NCBI RefSeq assembly: GCF_011300685.1
Contig: NZ_CP049864.1
Span: 572,885 to 612,884, forward strand
Reading direction: 5' to 3'
Length of the DNA: 40,000 nucleotides
Origin: Lysobacter sp. HDW10
Lineage (GTDB): Bacteria; Pseudomonadota; Gammaproteobacteria; Xanthomonadales; Xanthomonadaceae
The position numbers and the translations under genes are program-made. Under the pieces are notes generated by a model that was not told the DNA's origin, did not search any database, and saw nothing but the letters and a program-made list of their open reading frames with translations. Below, piece after piece: positions 1-11,062 of this stretch; position 1 is the first letter of the stretch, and every line of letters begins with the position of its first letter.

Positions 1-1
1 A

Positions 2-922
2 GATGCAGACGGGCATTACATCGATCCGTTTCATGGACGCGCAGATATCGAAGCGCGCGTGCTGCGTCATGTGAGCGCGGCATTCGCGGAAGATCCCTTG
101 CGCGTGTTGCGTGCAGCGCGGTTTATGGCGCGATTCGCACCTTTAGGTTTTCGCATCGCGCCCGAAACCGTAGCGCTGATGCGCGAGATGAGCGCACGCG
201 GTGAACTCGAACACTTGGTGCCCGAACGCGTCTGGCAAGAAATGCAACGCGCCCTTGCCAGCGCAGCGCCGGATGCTTTTATACGTGCATTGCGTGAGTC
301 GAATGCCTTGCGCGTCGTCTTACCGGAAGTCGACGCGCTCTATGGCGTGCCGCAGCGCGCGGAATATCACCCTGAAGTCGACACCGGCCTCCATACAGAA
401 CTGGTCTTGCAACAAGCAGCCCAGATTGCACCGGGTGATGACCGTATCGGTTTCGCCGCCTTGGTTCATGACTTAGGCAAAGCGGTCACCCCAAAGGATG
501 AACTGCCGAAGCACATCATGCATGAGCAACGCGGCGTGCCTTTGGTCAATGCGGTTTGCGAGCGCTTGCGTGTGCCCCTCCGGCATCGGCAGTTGGCGCT
601 CAGCGTCTGCAAAGAACACTTGAATGTGCATCGCATCTTTGAATTGAAAGACAGCACCGTGCTCGAATTGCTCGAACGCAATGATGCATTTCGTGATCCC
701 GAACGCATCGATGCGCTCGCAGCAACCTGCGAAGCCGACAAGCGTGGCCGCGCGGGTTTGCAATCCACGCCTTACCCTTCGGCGGACGAACTCAGGCGCT
801 TATTTGCAGTGGCCGCAGCGGTGCGCGCGAGTGATGTTGCACCGGGTTTAAGTGGACCAGCGGTTGGCGCTGCATTACGAAAAGCACGCATACAGGCCAT
901 CCATCAGGCACGCGCAGCTTAA
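2..922 (+). CDS. cca: CCA-adding tRNA nucleotidyltransferase, C-terminal part with HD domain (5' end lies outside the window)
   Basis: The frame stays open back to base 2 ([25 protein letters not shown]). Motifs [20 protein letters not shown] and [10 protein letters not shown] (HD) are typical of multifunctional Cca. Confidence 0.85.
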   Translation, partial: DADGHYIDPFHGRADIEARVLRHVSAAFAEDPLRVLRAARFMARFAPLGFRIAPETVALMREMSARGELEHLVPERVWQEMQRALASAAPDAFIRALRESNALRVVLPEVDALYGVPQRAEYHPEVDTGLHTELVLQQAAQIAPGDDRIGFAALVHDLGKAVTPKDELPKHIMHEQRGVPLVNAVCERLRVPLRHRQLALSVCKEHLNVHRIFELKDSTVLELLERNDAFRDPERIDALAATCEADKRGRAGLQSTPYPSADELRRLFAVAAAVRASDVAPGLSGPAVGAALRKARIQAIHQARAA

Positions 923-1323
923 GGCAGCCGCCGATCGAGCCAGATCAAACCGCGTTGCAATGGCGTGAGACACAGTGCAAAACCGCCAATCACGCCCAGC
1001 ATATTTGCGTAGATGTCGTTCAAGTCACGCTGTCGACCTTGGTGCATCGCGCCTTGCAAATATTCCATGGCGATGCCAAGTGCGAATAACAGCACGGCTG
1101 ACGCCACCCAGCTTGCACGTTGCGAATACAGCATCACAGCCCAGGCCATCAACACGAAGTAAGCGAAGAAGTGGCCGACTTTGTCATTGCCCAATGGTGG
1201 GCTCGGAATATCCGCGGGTGGCAACAGTGAGAGTACGACGGCCAACATGATGCCGACGGTCCACAGCGTGGCCCACAGCGCGGGTCGCTTGAACGCGCGC
1301 AAAGAACGTCCCGCGTGCATCAC
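919..1323 (-). CDS. VanZ-like small membrane protein
   Basis: 134 aa and multi-[13 protein letters not shown] and the C-terminal [12 protein letters not shown] resemble the VanZ family. The gene has 4-nt overlaps with both neighbours. Confidence 0.55.
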   Translation of the reverse strand: MMHAGRSLRAFKRPALWATLWTVGIMLAVVLSLLPPADIPSPPLGNDKVGHFFAYFVLMAWAVMLYSQRASWVASAVLLFALGIAMEYLQGAMHQGRQRDLNDIYANMLGVIGGFALCLTPLQRGLIWLDRRLP

Positions 1324-2501
1324 AGGCTGTAGCTCCGGTCGCCCAACAAGAAGGCCGCTTCAAAATCGACGCCATGCGAGAAGCCCATCACTTGGAAACG
1401 CTCGCCCATCTCCGACGGCAAGGTCAGTCGCTTCACTTGCTCACGCACACGCAGATGTGCGATTTCATCCGCGCAGGCACTCTCGGCTAAGGATGCAAAT
1501 TTTTCCAAGCCATTGGCCATCAAGAAGTCCGCTTGCGTGCAGTAACCCGCAAATGTAAAGCCCGCACCCGTACCGGCTTCTGCCAACGCCGTGAAATCCA
1601 CCGATGCGGTGATGTCCTGCAATCCTGGCCACGCCAACACGTCACTCACCACATGGTGGCGTCTGAAAGCACGCAAGGTGCCATCTGTGCGCGACGGATG
1701 GTAATACGCGCGGCGCGGATAGCCGTAGTCGGCAAACACCATCACGCCCGCTTCCATCGGGCCAATCACCGCCTGCACCCAATAGGGCAATTGCGGCAAG
1801 ACTTCAGACCGATAGCCCTCGGCGAGCGGCGCATCCAAACGCGATTCAATATTGCGCACCGCTGCAGTCGTCAACGCGTCGGCAGGCTGCGTCGTCACGA
1901 TAAATTCGTCGCCTTCGACTTCGACGTATTCCTCGAATACTTCGTCTTCGCCGATCACAAATCGCGTCGTCGGCAAGGCATCGATCACTTCGTTTGCAAA
2001 CACCACACCGCGCCATGGTTCGGACAAGGGGCCATCCAACCATGTGATGCGCTGCGCCAAGTGCGCCGGCAACACATCACGCACGCGCTCTGCTTGTCGC
2101 TCACGCAGGTCGGCACTCGGCTCCAAGATGTTGTATGTCCGCGGTAGGATGCCTTGCGCCTCGAAGGCCTGCATCAAATCTACGGCCAGCGCACCACTGC
2201 CGCCACCGATTTCCAAGAAGTCGCCGGTGTTTTCCAACTGCCGCAAGACGGGTGCGGTCGCTTCCGATAAGCATTGTGCAAACAGTGCGCCCAGCTCTGG
2301 CGCCGTGACAAAGTCACCCGCAGCACCGAACTTACGTGCACCTGCGCTGTAATAGCCCAAGCCCGGTGCATACAAACACAGCTCCATGAATTTGGAGAAT
2401 GGGATGCGCCCGCCCTCGGCGGCGATGAATTGCTGGAGGCCGGCACGCAGCGTGTCGCTGTGCGCGCGCGCGTCCTCATCAGGTGCTGGAATGGTGACCA
2501 C
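1320..2501 (-). CDS. MidA/NDUFAF7-type class I SAM-dependent methyltransferase (DUF185)
   Basis: 393 aa. FVTAPELGALFAQCL and the SAM-binding LEIGGGSGALAVDL are typical of the MidA family. Confidence 0.75.
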   Translation of the reverse strand: MVTIPAPDEDARAHSDTLRAGLQQFIAAEGGRIPFSKFMELCLYAPGLGYYSAGARKFGAAGDFVTAPELGALFAQCLSEATAPVLRQLENTGDFLEIGGGSGALAVDLMQAFEAQGILPRTYNILEPSADLRERQAERVRDVLPAHLAQRITWLDGPLSEPWRGVVFANEVIDALPTTRFVIGEDEVFEEYVEVEGDEFIVTTQPADALTTAAVRNIESRLDAPLAEGYRSEVLPQLPYWVQAVIGPMEAGVMVFADYGYPRRAYYHPSRTDGTLRAFRRHHVVSDVLAWPGLQDITASVDFTALAEAGTGAGFTFAGYCTQADFLMANGLEKFASLAESACADEIAHLRVREQVKRLTLPSEMGERFQVMGFSHGVDFEAAFLLGDRSYSL

Positions 2502-2600
2502 GTCGAACCATAATAGAAAGTGAGCGTCTAGGATATCGCCGAAGCTGTGCCGGGTATGTGGTCGGGAGCTTGGCTGTCGCGATCATGCGAAGATACGGCC

Positions 2601-3356
2601 ATGACGACTTCCAACGTGCCCGTGGCATTGGTGACCGGTGCCGGCAAACGCTTAGGCGCGGCCATCGTGCGCGAATTGCACGCGCGCGGCTTCAATGTCG
2701 CCGTGCATTGTCATCGCTCGCGCGCAGCAGCCGATGCATTGGTCGCGGGTTTGAACGACGCACGTCCCGGTGGCGCGGTGACGCTACAAGCGGACTTGAG
2801 TGATCTCGCAAGCGTGCCCGCACTGGTCGAATCCTGCATCCACACCTTTGGTCGACTGGATGCCCTGGTCAACAACGCCTCGACCTTTGACGTCACCCGC
2901 GTGGGCAGCACGACACCCGCACAGTGGGATGCCGCATTTGCCGCCAATGTGCGTGCCCCGTATTTTCTGGCGCAAGCGGCACATACGCATCTCGCTGCGC
3001 AACACGGTTGCATCGTCAACATGGTGGATGTGTATGTCGAACGGCCGTTACGCGATCACGCCTTGTACGTGATGGCGAAGGCCGCGCTGCAAGCCATGAC
3101 ACGTGCATTGGCAGTGGAATTGGCACCCGATATTCGCGTGAACGCGGTCGCACCTGGCGCCATTTTGTGGCCGGAAAGCCCAGATGCGGCCGATGCACAG
3201 ACGGCGTATCAGGCGGACATCATTACGCGTACGCCCCTGAAACGCGCCGGGACGCCCGAAGAAGTTGCCAATGCAGTTGCCTGGCTGATCCTCGATGCGC
3301 GATTCACCACAGGTGAAACCTTGCGTTTGGATGGTGGCCGCATGCTCGTGCCGTAA
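2601..3356 (+). CDS. Short-chain dehydrogenase/reductase, pteridine reductase (FolM-like)
   Basis: Start is taken at ATG 2601 (MTTSNVPVALVTGAGKRLG, Rossmann TGxxxxxG). It has SDR YxxxK (YVMAKAAL) and sits next to folK/folB. Confidence 0.7.
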   Translation: MTTSNVPVALVTGAGKRLGAAIVRELHARGFNVAVHCHRSRAAADALVAGLNDARPGGAVTLQADLSDLASVPALVESCIHTFGRLDALVNNASTFDVTRVGSTTPAQWDAAFAANVRAPYFLAQAAHTHLAAQHGCIVNMVDVYVERPLRDHALYVMAKAALQAMTRALAVELAPDIRVNAVAPGAILWPESPDAADAQTAYQADIITRTPLKRAGTPEEVANAVAWLILDARFTTGETLRLDGGRMLVP

Positions 3357-3376
3357 GGCAACGGAGCAGCGCTCAG

Positions 3377-3871
3377 TTACGGATAGCCTGCGATCATGCG
3401 CACTTCATACGGACGCATGTAGTCCGGGTGTGCGCGCCACATTTCAGCAAGCGGCAATTCACGCACAGGGTCAATGAACTCAGGCGCGATTTCCGCCAAA
3501 GGTTTCAACACAAAGGCATGTTTGATATCCGATCGCGGAATCTGCAAATGGCCAGGCCCTGAGATGACGTGGTCGCCAAAGTAAACGATGTCGATATCCA
3601 AGGTCCGATCACCGAAACGCGGACCACTGCGATCACGATGATGCGCATCTTCCAATGCATGCAGCCAGTCATTCAACGCGAAGACATCCAAATCGCTTTG
3701 CAGATACGCGCCTGCATTCAAGAAATCGGGACCGTCAAATCCCACCGCCGGAAATACGTAAGCCGCAGAAAACACGACGTCACCGAATCGCGCAGCCAAT
3801 GCTTCGCGCGCCGCCGCCAAATGGCGCTCGGCATCTTGGTTGCTGCCCAAGCTCAATAACGCCAAAGTCAT
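3377..3871 (-). CDS. folK: 2-amino-4-hydroxy-6-hydroxymethyldihydropteridine diphosphokinase
   Basis: Start is taken at ATG 3871 (MTLALLSLGSNQ). FLNAGAYLQSDL and GDRTLDIDIVYF are HPPK motifs. The start lies 4 nt downstream of the folB stop. Confidence 0.85.
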   Translation of the reverse strand: MTLALLSLGSNQDAERHLAAAREALAARFGDVVFSAAYVFPAVGFDGPDFLNAGAYLQSDLDVFALNDWLHALEDAHHRDRSGPRFGDRTLDIDIVYFGDHVISGPGHLQIPRSDIKHAFVLKPLAEIAPEFIDPVRELPLAEMWRAHPDYMRPYEVRMIAGYP

Positions 3872-3875
3872 TGGG

Positions 3876-4235
3876 TTACTGACTGCGACTGCGTTCGATA
3901 CGCACACCGACCGCACGCGCACCACGCACCGCACCCGGCTTGCTGAGCTTCAAGCGCACATGTTGCACATCGAACTCGCTCAAGATGATTTCGGCACAGC
4001 GTTCGGCCAAGGTTTCCACCAAACCAAACCCGGTGGACTGCACGTACTCAATCAAACGTTTGCTCACCGCTTTGTAGTTCAAGGTGTGTTGAATGTCGTC
4101 GCTCGCAGCCGGCACACGATTGTCGAATGCCATTTCAATATCGAACGACAAGGTTTGACGCACGCGGCGCTCCCAATCGTAGATCCCGATCAAAGCTTCA
4201 ATTTCGAGTGCCTCGATAAACACCACGTCGGTCAT
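3876..4235 (-). CDS. folB: Dihydroneopterin aldolase
   Basis: 119 aa. [17 protein letters not shown] and [10 protein letters not shown] are typical of the FolB family. Confidence 0.85.
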   Translation of the reverse strand: MTDVVFIEALEIEALIGIYDWERRVRQTLSFDIEMAFDNRVPAASDDIQHTLNYKAVSKRLIEYVQSTGFGLVETLAERCAEIILSEFDVQHVRLKLSKPGAVRGARAVGVRIERSRSQ

Positions 4236-5281
4236 GCTCGATTTCCTGAAATCGTGTCGATGGCGGCTAAGCTTGCCATGTCCCAGCGCGGTTGAACCTT
4301 CACTTGCAAATCGACCGACTCACCTGCTTCCAAGCGCAAGGCGCCCGCGAAGGCAATCATCGCGCCGTTGTCGGTACACAACTCGGGACGCGGAAAACAC
4401 ACACGGCCCCCGCGTTTTTCAGCCATGACCTGCAGCTGTGCGCGCAATTTACGGTTCGCACCCACGCCGCCTGCAATCACCAAGGTGTCGCAAGCCGCTG
4501 CATCCAGCGCGCGCTCACATTTAATGCGCAAGGTATCGACCACCGCTTCTTCAAAGGCCAAGGCAATATCCGCGCGTGTTTGATCGCTTTGGTCTGAACC
4601 CCGCCAGGCCAACAGCACCTGCGTCTTCAAACCGCTGAAAGAAAAATCCAAACCGGGACGATCGACCATCGGACGCGAAAATTTGAATTGGCCCGGACGC
4701 CCTTCGCCAGCCAACTTGGCCAGTTGCGGCCCACCCGGATAGGGCAGCCCCATCAGCTTGGCGGTCTTGTCGAAGGCCTCGCCGGCGGCGTCGTCCAAGG
4801 TTTCGCCCAGCAAGCGGTAGTCACCGATGCGCGCGACATGGACCAATTGGGTGTGCCCACCCGACACCAACAGGGCCACAAACGGCGGTTCCGGCGGGTT
4901 GTCTTCCATAAGCGGCGCCAGCAGGTGGCCTTCCATGTGGTGGACCGCCACCGCAGGCACCTCCAGCGCCCACGCGAGAGACCGCGCAAAGCCAGCCCCC
5001 ACCATGAGCGCCCCAACCAGGCCGGGGCCCGCTGTATAGGCCACACCGTCCAGATCGGTGGTCTCCAGCCCTGCCTCGCGCAGCGTTTCCCGCACCAAGG
5101 GCAGCAATTTGCGCACATGGTCGCGACTCGCCAGCTCAGGCACCACGCCACCATAGGCGGCATGCAGGTCGATTTGGCTGTACACCGCGTGGGCAAGCAG
5201 GCCTTCAGCGCCTGTCCGGGCCGTATCGTAGACGGCTACGCCCGTCTCATCGCAGGATGATTCAATTCCGAGTACACGCAT
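4232..5281 (-). CDS. tsaD: tRNA N6-adenosine threonylcarbamoyltransferase
   Basis: Start is taken at ATG 5281 ([19 protein letters not shown]). The [10 protein letters not shown] metal site and the Gcp/Kae1 family signature are present. Confidence 0.92.
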   Translation of the reverse strand: MRVLGIESSCDETGVAVYDTARTGAEGLLAHAVYSQIDLHAAYGGVVPELASRDHVRKLLPLVRETLREAGLETTDLDGVAYTAGPGLVGALMVGAGFARSLAWALEVPAVAVHHMEGHLLAPLMEDNPPEPPFVALLVSGGHTQLVHVARIGDYRLLGETLDDAAGEAFDKTAKLMGLPYPGGPQLAKLAGEGRPGQFKFSRPMVDRPGLDFSFSGLKTQVLLAWRGSDQSDQTRADIALAFEEAVVDTLRIKCERALDAAACDTLVIAGGVGANRKLRAQLQVMAEKRGGRVCFPRPELCTDNGAMIAFAGALRLEAGESVDLQVKVQPRWDMASLAAIDTISGNRA

Positions 5282-5380
5282 GTGCATAGAGTACCCCCAT
5301 TGCGCAAAACTCTGAACCTGCGCTACCATATGCGGCTCACCCTCGACCGTCAGGTCGTGTTTTCATTTCAGAGATTGCAC

Positions 5381-5596
5381 ATGCCAGCCGTAAAAGTCCG
5401 CGAAAACGAACCGTTTGAATTTGCCCTGCGCCGCTTCAAGCGCACCTGCGAAAAGGCAGGCGTCCTTGCCGAAGTGCGTAAGCGCGAGTTCTACGAAAAG
5501 CCGACGCAGGAACGTAAGCGTAAAGCTGCCGCCGCCGTGAAGCGCCAAGCGCGCCGCATGTCGCGCGACGTGACCAAGCGCCAGCGCCTGTACTGA
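5381..5596 (+). CDS. rpsU: 30S ribosomal protein S21
   Basis: The 71-aa product [42 protein letters not shown] is unmistakably S21. The upstream extension in the ORF track is spurious. Confidence 0.95.
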   Translation: MPAVKVRENEPFEFALRRFKRTCEKAGVLAEVRKREFYEKPTQERKRKAAAAVKRQARRMSRDVTKRQRLY

Positions 5597-5617
5597 GTCG
5601 CGATTGTTTGGCATATG

Positions 5618-5652
5618 AAGCCGGCACGCACACGCGTAGCCGGCTTTTTGTG
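5618..5652 (+). terminator. Rho-independent terminator after rpsU
   Basis: Stem AAGCCGGC (5618-5625) pairs with GCCGGCTT (5639-5646) and is followed by a T-run. Confidence 0.6.
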
Positions 5653-5675
5653 TTTTTAGCCTTTGGAGAATTCCC

Positions 5676-6119
5676 GTGTCGTTGAAGCAACAACTCACCG
5701 AAGACATGAAAGCGGCCATGAAGGGCGGCGATAAGCCGAAACTCGGCGTGATCCGCCTCATCAATGCCGCCATCAAGCAAAAGGAAGTCGACGAGCGCAT
5801 CGAGCTCGATGATGCTGCCGTGCTCGCTGTGCTTGAAAAGATGGTGAAGCAACGCCGGGATTCGATCAGTCAGTTCGAAGCCGCTGCGCGCGAAGACCTT
5901 GCGGTGATCGAACGCGACGAACTCGCCATCATCGATACGTATTTACCGGCCAAGATGAGCGAAGAAGACATCGCTGCTGCGGTTGATGCCGCAATCGCAG
6001 AAACCGGTGCCAGCTCGGCTGCCGACATGGGTAAGTTGATGGGCGTGCTGAAACCGCGCTTGGCGGGTCAAGCCGACATGTCACTCGTGTCAAAATGGGT
6101 CAAGCAGCGTTTGAGCTGA
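5676..6119 (+). CDS. GatB/YqeY domain-containing protein
   Basis: 147 aa with a GTG start preceded by GGAGAA. LKQQLTEDMKAAMKGGDK and EKMVKQRRDSI are typical of the YqeY family. Its position between rpsU and dnaG is conserved. Confidence 0.85.
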   Translation: MSLKQQLTEDMKAAMKGGDKPKLGVIRLINAAIKQKEVDERIELDDAAVLAVLEKMVKQRRDSISQFEAAAREDLAVIERDELAIIDTYLPAKMSEEDIAAAVDAAIAETGASSAADMGKLMGVLKPRLAGQADMSLVSKWVKQRLS

Positions 6120-6138
6120 GCCGCAACACCGGAGCCCC

Positions 6139-7854
6139 GTGGGACGCATCCCCGATCAATTCATCGATGACTTGCTTGCACGCACGGACATCGTGGAAGT
6201 GGTGCAGGCACGCGTTCCGCTGAAGAAGAAGGGCAACGAGTACACCGCTTGTTGCCCCTTTCATAACGAACGCTCACCTTCGTTCTTCGTTTCGCCGAAC
6301 AAGCAGTTCTATCACTGCTTCGGTTGCGGCGCGCACGGTACTGCCATCAGTTTCTTGATGAACTTTGATCGCCTCGAATTTCTCGACGCGATTGACGAGC
6401 TGGCAAAGCAAGCCGGCGTTGAAGTGCCCAAAGACACGCGCCAACAGAACCGGAATGCAGAAGCCGAACCCCTGTTTGGCGGCTTGGATGCAGCCTCGCG
6501 CTTCTATCAAGCGCAGCTGACAACGAGCACCGTGGCACGCAGCTATTTGGACGGCCGCGGTTTAGATGCCGCCACGATCGAACGCTTCAACATCGGCTAC
6601 GCACCGGACAGCTTCGACGGACTGATGTCGCGCCTGGGCACCGATGCACGTCGCATGGAAGTCCTCGAGAAAGCCGGCATGTTCTCGCGCAATGACAACG
6701 GCCGCGTGTACGACAAGTTTCGTCACCGTGTGATGTTTCCGATTCACGACCGACGCGGTCGCGTGATTGGATTCGGTGGCCGCGTGTTGAGTGACGAACA
6801 GTCACCCAAGTATTTGAATTCACCAGAAACCCCGCTCTTTCATAAGGGCCGCGAGTTGTATGGCCTGTGGCAAGCCAAGCAAGCCAGCAACAAGCTGGAA
6901 CGCTTGCTCGTCGTGGAAGGCTATATGGATGTGGTGTCGCTGTCGCAGCACGGCATTGATTTCGCTGTTGCCACGCTCGGCACGGCGACGACGCCCGAAC
7001 ACGCAGAGTTGCTCTTCCGAAGTGCGCCCACTGCAGTCTTTAGTTTTGACGGTGACAACGCAGGTCGACGCGCGGCATGGAAGGCTGTGGAATCTGTCCT
7101 GCCTGCGATGCGCGATGGTCGCCGTGCGCAGTTCTTGTTCTTACCCGACGGCGAAGACCCCGACACGATCGTGCGTTCGGAAGGCGCGGAAGCGTTCAAC
7201 ACACGCTTGGATTCAGCGATGGATCTGTCTGAGTTCTATTTTTCGCAGCGCGCGCATGGCTTGTCATTGACCACGACGAGCGGCAAGGCAACCCTGCTTG
7301 ATCGCTGCCGCGAAGACATCGCCAAGATTCCGGATGGCGGATTTCGAGACGCACTCGTAGCACGCGTTCGCGAACTGACCGGTGTCGACCTCGGCAAAAC
7401 ACCGCAAGGACAGGTCGCGGGTCAAAACCGATCGATGCACGTGAAGCGAAGCTTGGTCCGCCATGCGATCAGTTTGCTCTTGCAAGACCCAAGCCTCGCG
7501 CTCGACATTCCAGACCCGCGTGTCATTGAAGGCTTGGATGAGCCAGGCGTGCCGCTACTGATTGCACTGATTGAAACCTTGCATGCACGGCCGCAGTTGA
7601 CCACGGGCGGTTTGTTGGAAGCTTTTGACGCGCACGGTGCGCACGGCTCACTCGCCACCTTGGCCGGCATCAGCCTGCCCGGTGACCACGACAGTTGGCT
7701 CGAAGAAATGACGGGCGTGTTCGCGCAATTGGAAAGCCGAATGCGTACGCAACGGATTGATGCGCTCCGAGATCGCATCAGTGAACTCACACAGGAAGAG
7801 AAAATGGAACTCCGAGACTTGTTGACAACACGAGTGGCTGATCGTGGCAACTGA
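6139..7854 (+). CDS. dnaG: DNA primase
   Basis: 571 aa. It has the zinc ribbon CPFHNERSPSFFVSPNKQFYHCFGCGAHG and a Toprim region (VVEGYMDVVSL). Confidence 0.95.
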   Translation: MGRIPDQFIDDLLARTDIVEVVQARVPLKKKGNEYTACCPFHNERSPSFFVSPNKQFYHCFGCGAHGTAISFLMNFDRLEFLDAIDELAKQAGVEVPKDTRQQNRNAEAEPLFGGLDAASRFYQAQLTTSTVARSYLDGRGLDAATIERFNIGYAPDSFDGLMSRLGTDARRMEVLEKAGMFSRNDNGRVYDKFRHRVMFPIHDRRGRVIGFGGRVLSDEQSPKYLNSPETPLFHKGRELYGLWQAKQASNKLERLLVVEGYMDVVSLSQHGIDFAVATLGTATTPEHAELLFRSAPTAVFSFDGDNAGRRAAWKAVESVLPAMRDGRRAQFLFLPDGEDPDTIVRSEGAEAFNTRLDSAMDLSEFYFSQRAHGLSLTTTSGKATLLDRCREDIAKIPDGGFRDALVARVRELTGVDLGKTPQGQVAGQNRSMHVKRSLVRHAISLLLQDPSLALDIPDPRVIEGLDEPGVPLLIALIETLHARPQLTTGGLLEAFDAHGAHGSLATLAGISLPGDHDSWLEEMTGVFAQLESRMRTQRIDALRDRISELTQEEKMELRDLLTTRVADRGN

Positions 7855-8890
7855 GGTACAAGCCGCGGCAGCGAAGCCGATGTGGAAGCGTGTTTTTCCA
7901 GGGGCAGCATTTGCGTTGATTTTGGGTGCATTCGCGCTATGGCTGGCGCGATTTGAGATTTTCCAAAACGCGGGTCTATCTGCGTTGCCGTTGGCGATCT
8001 TGTTGGGCCTCTTAGTTGGCAACAGTGGCGTGATTTCAAATGTGCCCGCGTTAGATCCCGGTTTGGAATTTGCCAAGGCCAAGCTTTTGCGCCTCGGCAT
8101 CATCTTGTTTGGCTTCAAGCTCACCTTCCAAGACATTGCGCGCGTGGGCGTTCCGGGCATCGTGATCGCCGTGCTCATGGTGATCAGTGTCGTGGTGGTG
8201 ACATTGTGGTTAGGCCGCCGGGTCTTCAAGCTCGATGATGAAACGAGTCTCCTCGTGGGCACAGGCTCCGCGATTTGCGGTGCGGCTGCGGTGCTCGCGG
8301 CTGAACCGGTGCTTCGAGCGAAGGCACACACGGTGTCGGTCGCGGTCGCGACGGTCGTCGTGTTCGGCACCTTGGCGATGTTTATCTATCCGCTGCTGGG
8401 TCATGCGTTCGGCATGAACCACTATGCCTATGGCTTGTATGCCGGCAGCACGATTCACGAGGTGGCGCAGGTCATTGTTGCGGGCCGCACATTTAGTGAA
8501 GAAGCCGCGAACTATGCCGTGATCGAAAAGATGATTCGCGTCATCTTGTTGGCACCGTTCCTGTTTGTGTTGTCATGGTGGTTGCGTGCACGCATGGAAT
8601 CCGCGACGCATACGCGTACGCCGTTGGTGATTCCGTGGTTTGCGGTCCTCTTCATGGTCGTTGGCGCGTTCAACTCGCTGCACTTGCTGGACCCGAAGTG
8701 GGTCACCGGCATCTTGCAATTCGACAACTGGATTCTTGCTGCCGCCATGGGTGCACTCGGCGTGCGCACGCACTGGCGCGCGGTGAAGCAGGCGGGCGTG
8801 AAGCCCTTGCTGCTCGCATCAGCGGTGTTCATTTGGTTGATTGTCGGTGGCTACGCCATCAACGCATTGGTGTTGTCGCTGCTCACATGA
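7844..8890 (+). CDS. YeiH/UPF0324 family putative sulfate exporter-type membrane protein
   Basis: 348 aa polytopic membrane protein. VGTGSAICGAAAVLAAEP is the family signature. The start is uncertain: 7844 overlaps the dnaG end, and ATG 7880 is the alternative. Confidence 0.7.
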   Translation: MATEVQAAAAKPMWKRVFPGAAFALILGAFALWLARFEIFQNAGLSALPLAILLGLLVGNSGVISNVPALDPGLEFAKAKLLRLGIILFGFKLTFQDIARVGVPGIVIAVLMVISVVVVTLWLGRRVFKLDDETSLLVGTGSAICGAAAVLAAEPVLRAKAHTVSVAVATVVVFGTLAMFIYPLLGHAFGMNHYAYGLYAGSTIHEVAQVIVAGRTFSEEAANYAVIEKMIRVILLAPFLFVLSWWLRARMESATHTRTPLVIPWFAVLFMVVGAFNSLHLLDPKWVTGILQFDNWILAAAMGALGVRTHWRAVKQAGVKPLLLASAVFIWLIVGGYAINALVLSLLT

Positions 8891-8906
8891 GCGGCAACAC
8901 ATCGCG

Positions 8907-9833
8907 TCAGGCGATTCGCATCCATTCCATCGTCGCAGCCGGGCGCAGCCATGGCAGCAACCAGTGGTCGACGAGCAAGAATGCGAACAAGGCCATGAGG
9001 TAGACCACGGAATACTGGAACACGCGCATGGCGAAGAACTCGTCTGGCGGGTTTTGCAACTTCCATGCGTACCACACGAATACGGCGCCTAGGATGACCG
9101 CACCGACCAAATAGAACACGCCGCTCATCCCCGCGACCCAAGGCAGCACACTGACGACGAAGAGCAACAACGTGTAAAGCAGAATCTGCCAGCGCGTGTA
9201 CTCGACACCATGCGTGACCGGCAACATCGGCACTAATGCACGTGCGTAGTCGGCGCGACGGAAAATCGCCAATGCCCAGAAGTGCGGCGGCGTCCACACG
9301 AAGATGATCAGCACCAGCAGTAAGGCATGTGCCCAGTCCCACTGCCCTTGCATGCCCGTGATGGCAGACCAACCAAGCAGCGGTGGCGCCGCACCGGCGA
9401 TGCCGCCAATCACAATGTTCTGCGGTGTCGCGTGCTTCAACCACGCGGTGTAGATGATGGCGTAGCCAATCATCGAGGCAAAGGTCAACGCCGCACACAC
9501 CCAATTCACGCCAATCAACAGAATGGCCATTGAAAGCACAGCCAACACCACCGCAAACGTCAGCACTTGTTTTGGCGCCAATGCGTGTGTCGGCAATGGG
9601 CGACCTTTGGTGCGCGCCATCTTTTCGTCAATGCGACGATCCAACAAATGATTGATGGCCGCTGCAGAGGCCGCTGCCAACCAAATGCCGAGCAATCCGA
9701 GGATGGCCAGCTTTAGCTCGGCTTGCGTCGGCAAGCCATCGATCGCCAAGAACACACCGACCAAGGCGGTGAACACGATCAGTGCCACCACGCGCGGTTT
9801 CGTCAGTGACCAATAGCTTTGCCAAATGCTCAT
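8907..9833 (-). CDS. ctaB: Protoheme IX farnesyltransferase (heme O synthase)
   Basis: 308 aa UbiA-type prenyltransferase. [21 protein letters not shown] matches the CyoE/CtaB family. Confidence 0.9.
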   Translation of the reverse strand: MSIWQSYWSLTKPRVVALIVFTALVGVFLAIDGLPTQAELKLAILGLLGIWLAAASAAAINHLLDRRIDEKMARTKGRPLPTHALAPKQVLTFAVVLAVLSMAILLIGVNWVCAALTFASMIGYAIIYTAWLKHATPQNIVIGGIAGAAPPLLGWSAITGMQGQWDWAHALLLVLIIFVWTPPHFWALAIFRRADYARALVPMLPVTHGVEYTRWQILLYTLLLFVVSVLPWVAGMSGVFYLVGAVILGAVFVWYAWKLQNPPDEFFAMRVFQYSVVYLMALFAFLLVDHWLLPWLRPAATMEWMRIA

Positions 9834-11062
9834 GGCGTCGAGGATGCCTCAATGGGAGATTGAAGGCGCGCTAGCAAGCTCACCAGAGCGAACAAGAGGA
9901 GCGCCGCGACACCATTGTGCGCAACGGCCACCTTCAAGGGCAAGGCATACACGATGTTGGCAATCCCCAAGCAGACTTGCGTACTGACGAGGAGCGCAAT
10001 CGTGGTGCCCCACCCGCGCATGCCCGGCATGCGCATGAACTTCAAGGCCAGCACCCACAAATACAGGAAGACGACGACGGCCATGACCCGGTGCACAAGT
10101 TGGATGCCGATGCGAGATGCGCCATCGAGCACGCCCCCTTCGTAGTCGACGCCAATCCCGCGCCACAGCACAAAACCTTCACTGAAGTTCGCGTCCGGCC
10201 ACCACTGTCCCGCACATTTCGGGAAATAGGCCAAGGATTTGCCCGCGCCGCAGGAGAGCGCAGCGTAGTTGGAGCTGGTCCAGCCACCCAAGGCGATTTG
10301 AATGCCCAGCACCACCAAGCCCACAACGACCCACACGCGAATCTTCTGCGCATCCGCCAGATTGATCGGCACATTCGTCGCGCGCCATGCCATCCAGACC
10401 AAGAGCGCAAAGGTTGTGAAGCCACCTAACAAGTGACTCATGACAACGATGGGTTTCAGCAACCAAGTCACTGTCCACATGCCAAGCAAAGCCTGCACGA
10501 TGATCATCGCCAATGTCAGCACGGCGATGCGCGACAGGTCACTGTTCGACCAACGCCAGGCTGCAAACAGCAAGATCAATTCGCCGATGCTCGCCAGTGC
10601 GGCCGCACCTTCAAACCAAGGCAAAGACTCGGGCGACAAGCGAACTTCAGGCGTCAATGCATCGATCTGCGCGCCCTTCATGTAAAGGAAGATCGAGATC
10701 GCGACCAAGGCCGAGGCACCGACCACCTGCAAGATGCCCTTCGCGCGCTTGCGCACCGCGCCGATCGCCAAGATAAACACCAATACGCCCAAGCCACCGG
10801 CCAGTTGGCGGTGCACTTGTTCGCGCCATGCGCGCGTGTCGTCGAACTGTCGGATGTTGGATGCGGCGTGAGACGCGGCATCTTCAACCGTCTTCGGCCA
10901 TGCGGCTTGGCCATAACAGGTCGGCCAATCGGGACAGCTCAGACCGGCGTTGGACAAACGCACGAAAGCACCGAACACAATCACGCAGAACGCAAGAATG
11001 GCCGCAAACCATGCCAAACGATGGAAGTGGCGTGACACCACGGGCACAAGAGGACGGTTCAT
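9830..11062 (-). CDS. ctaA: Heme A synthase (COX15/CtaA)
   Basis: 410 aa, about 8 TM. It carries CPDWPTCYG and conserved His pairs, and has a 4-nt overlap with ctaB. Confidence 0.85.
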   Translation of the reverse strand: MNRPLVPVVSRHFHRLAWFAAILAFCVIVFGAFVRLSNAGLSCPDWPTCYGQAAWPKTVEDAASHAASNIRQFDDTRAWREQVHRQLAGGLGVLVFILAIGAVRKRAKGILQVVGASALVAISIFLYMKGAQIDALTPEVRLSPESLPWFEGAAALASIGELILLFAAWRWSNSDLSRIAVLTLAMIIVQALLGMWTVTWLLKPIVVMSHLLGGFTTFALLVWMAWRATNVPINLADAQKIRVWVVVGLVVLGIQIALGGWTSSNYAALSCGAGKSLAYFPKCAGQWWPDANFSEGFVLWRGIGVDYEGGVLDGASRIGIQLVHRVMAVVVFLYLWVLALKFMRMPGMRGWGTTIALLVSTQVCLGIANIVYALPLKVAVAHNGVAALLLFALVSLLARLQSPIEASSTP

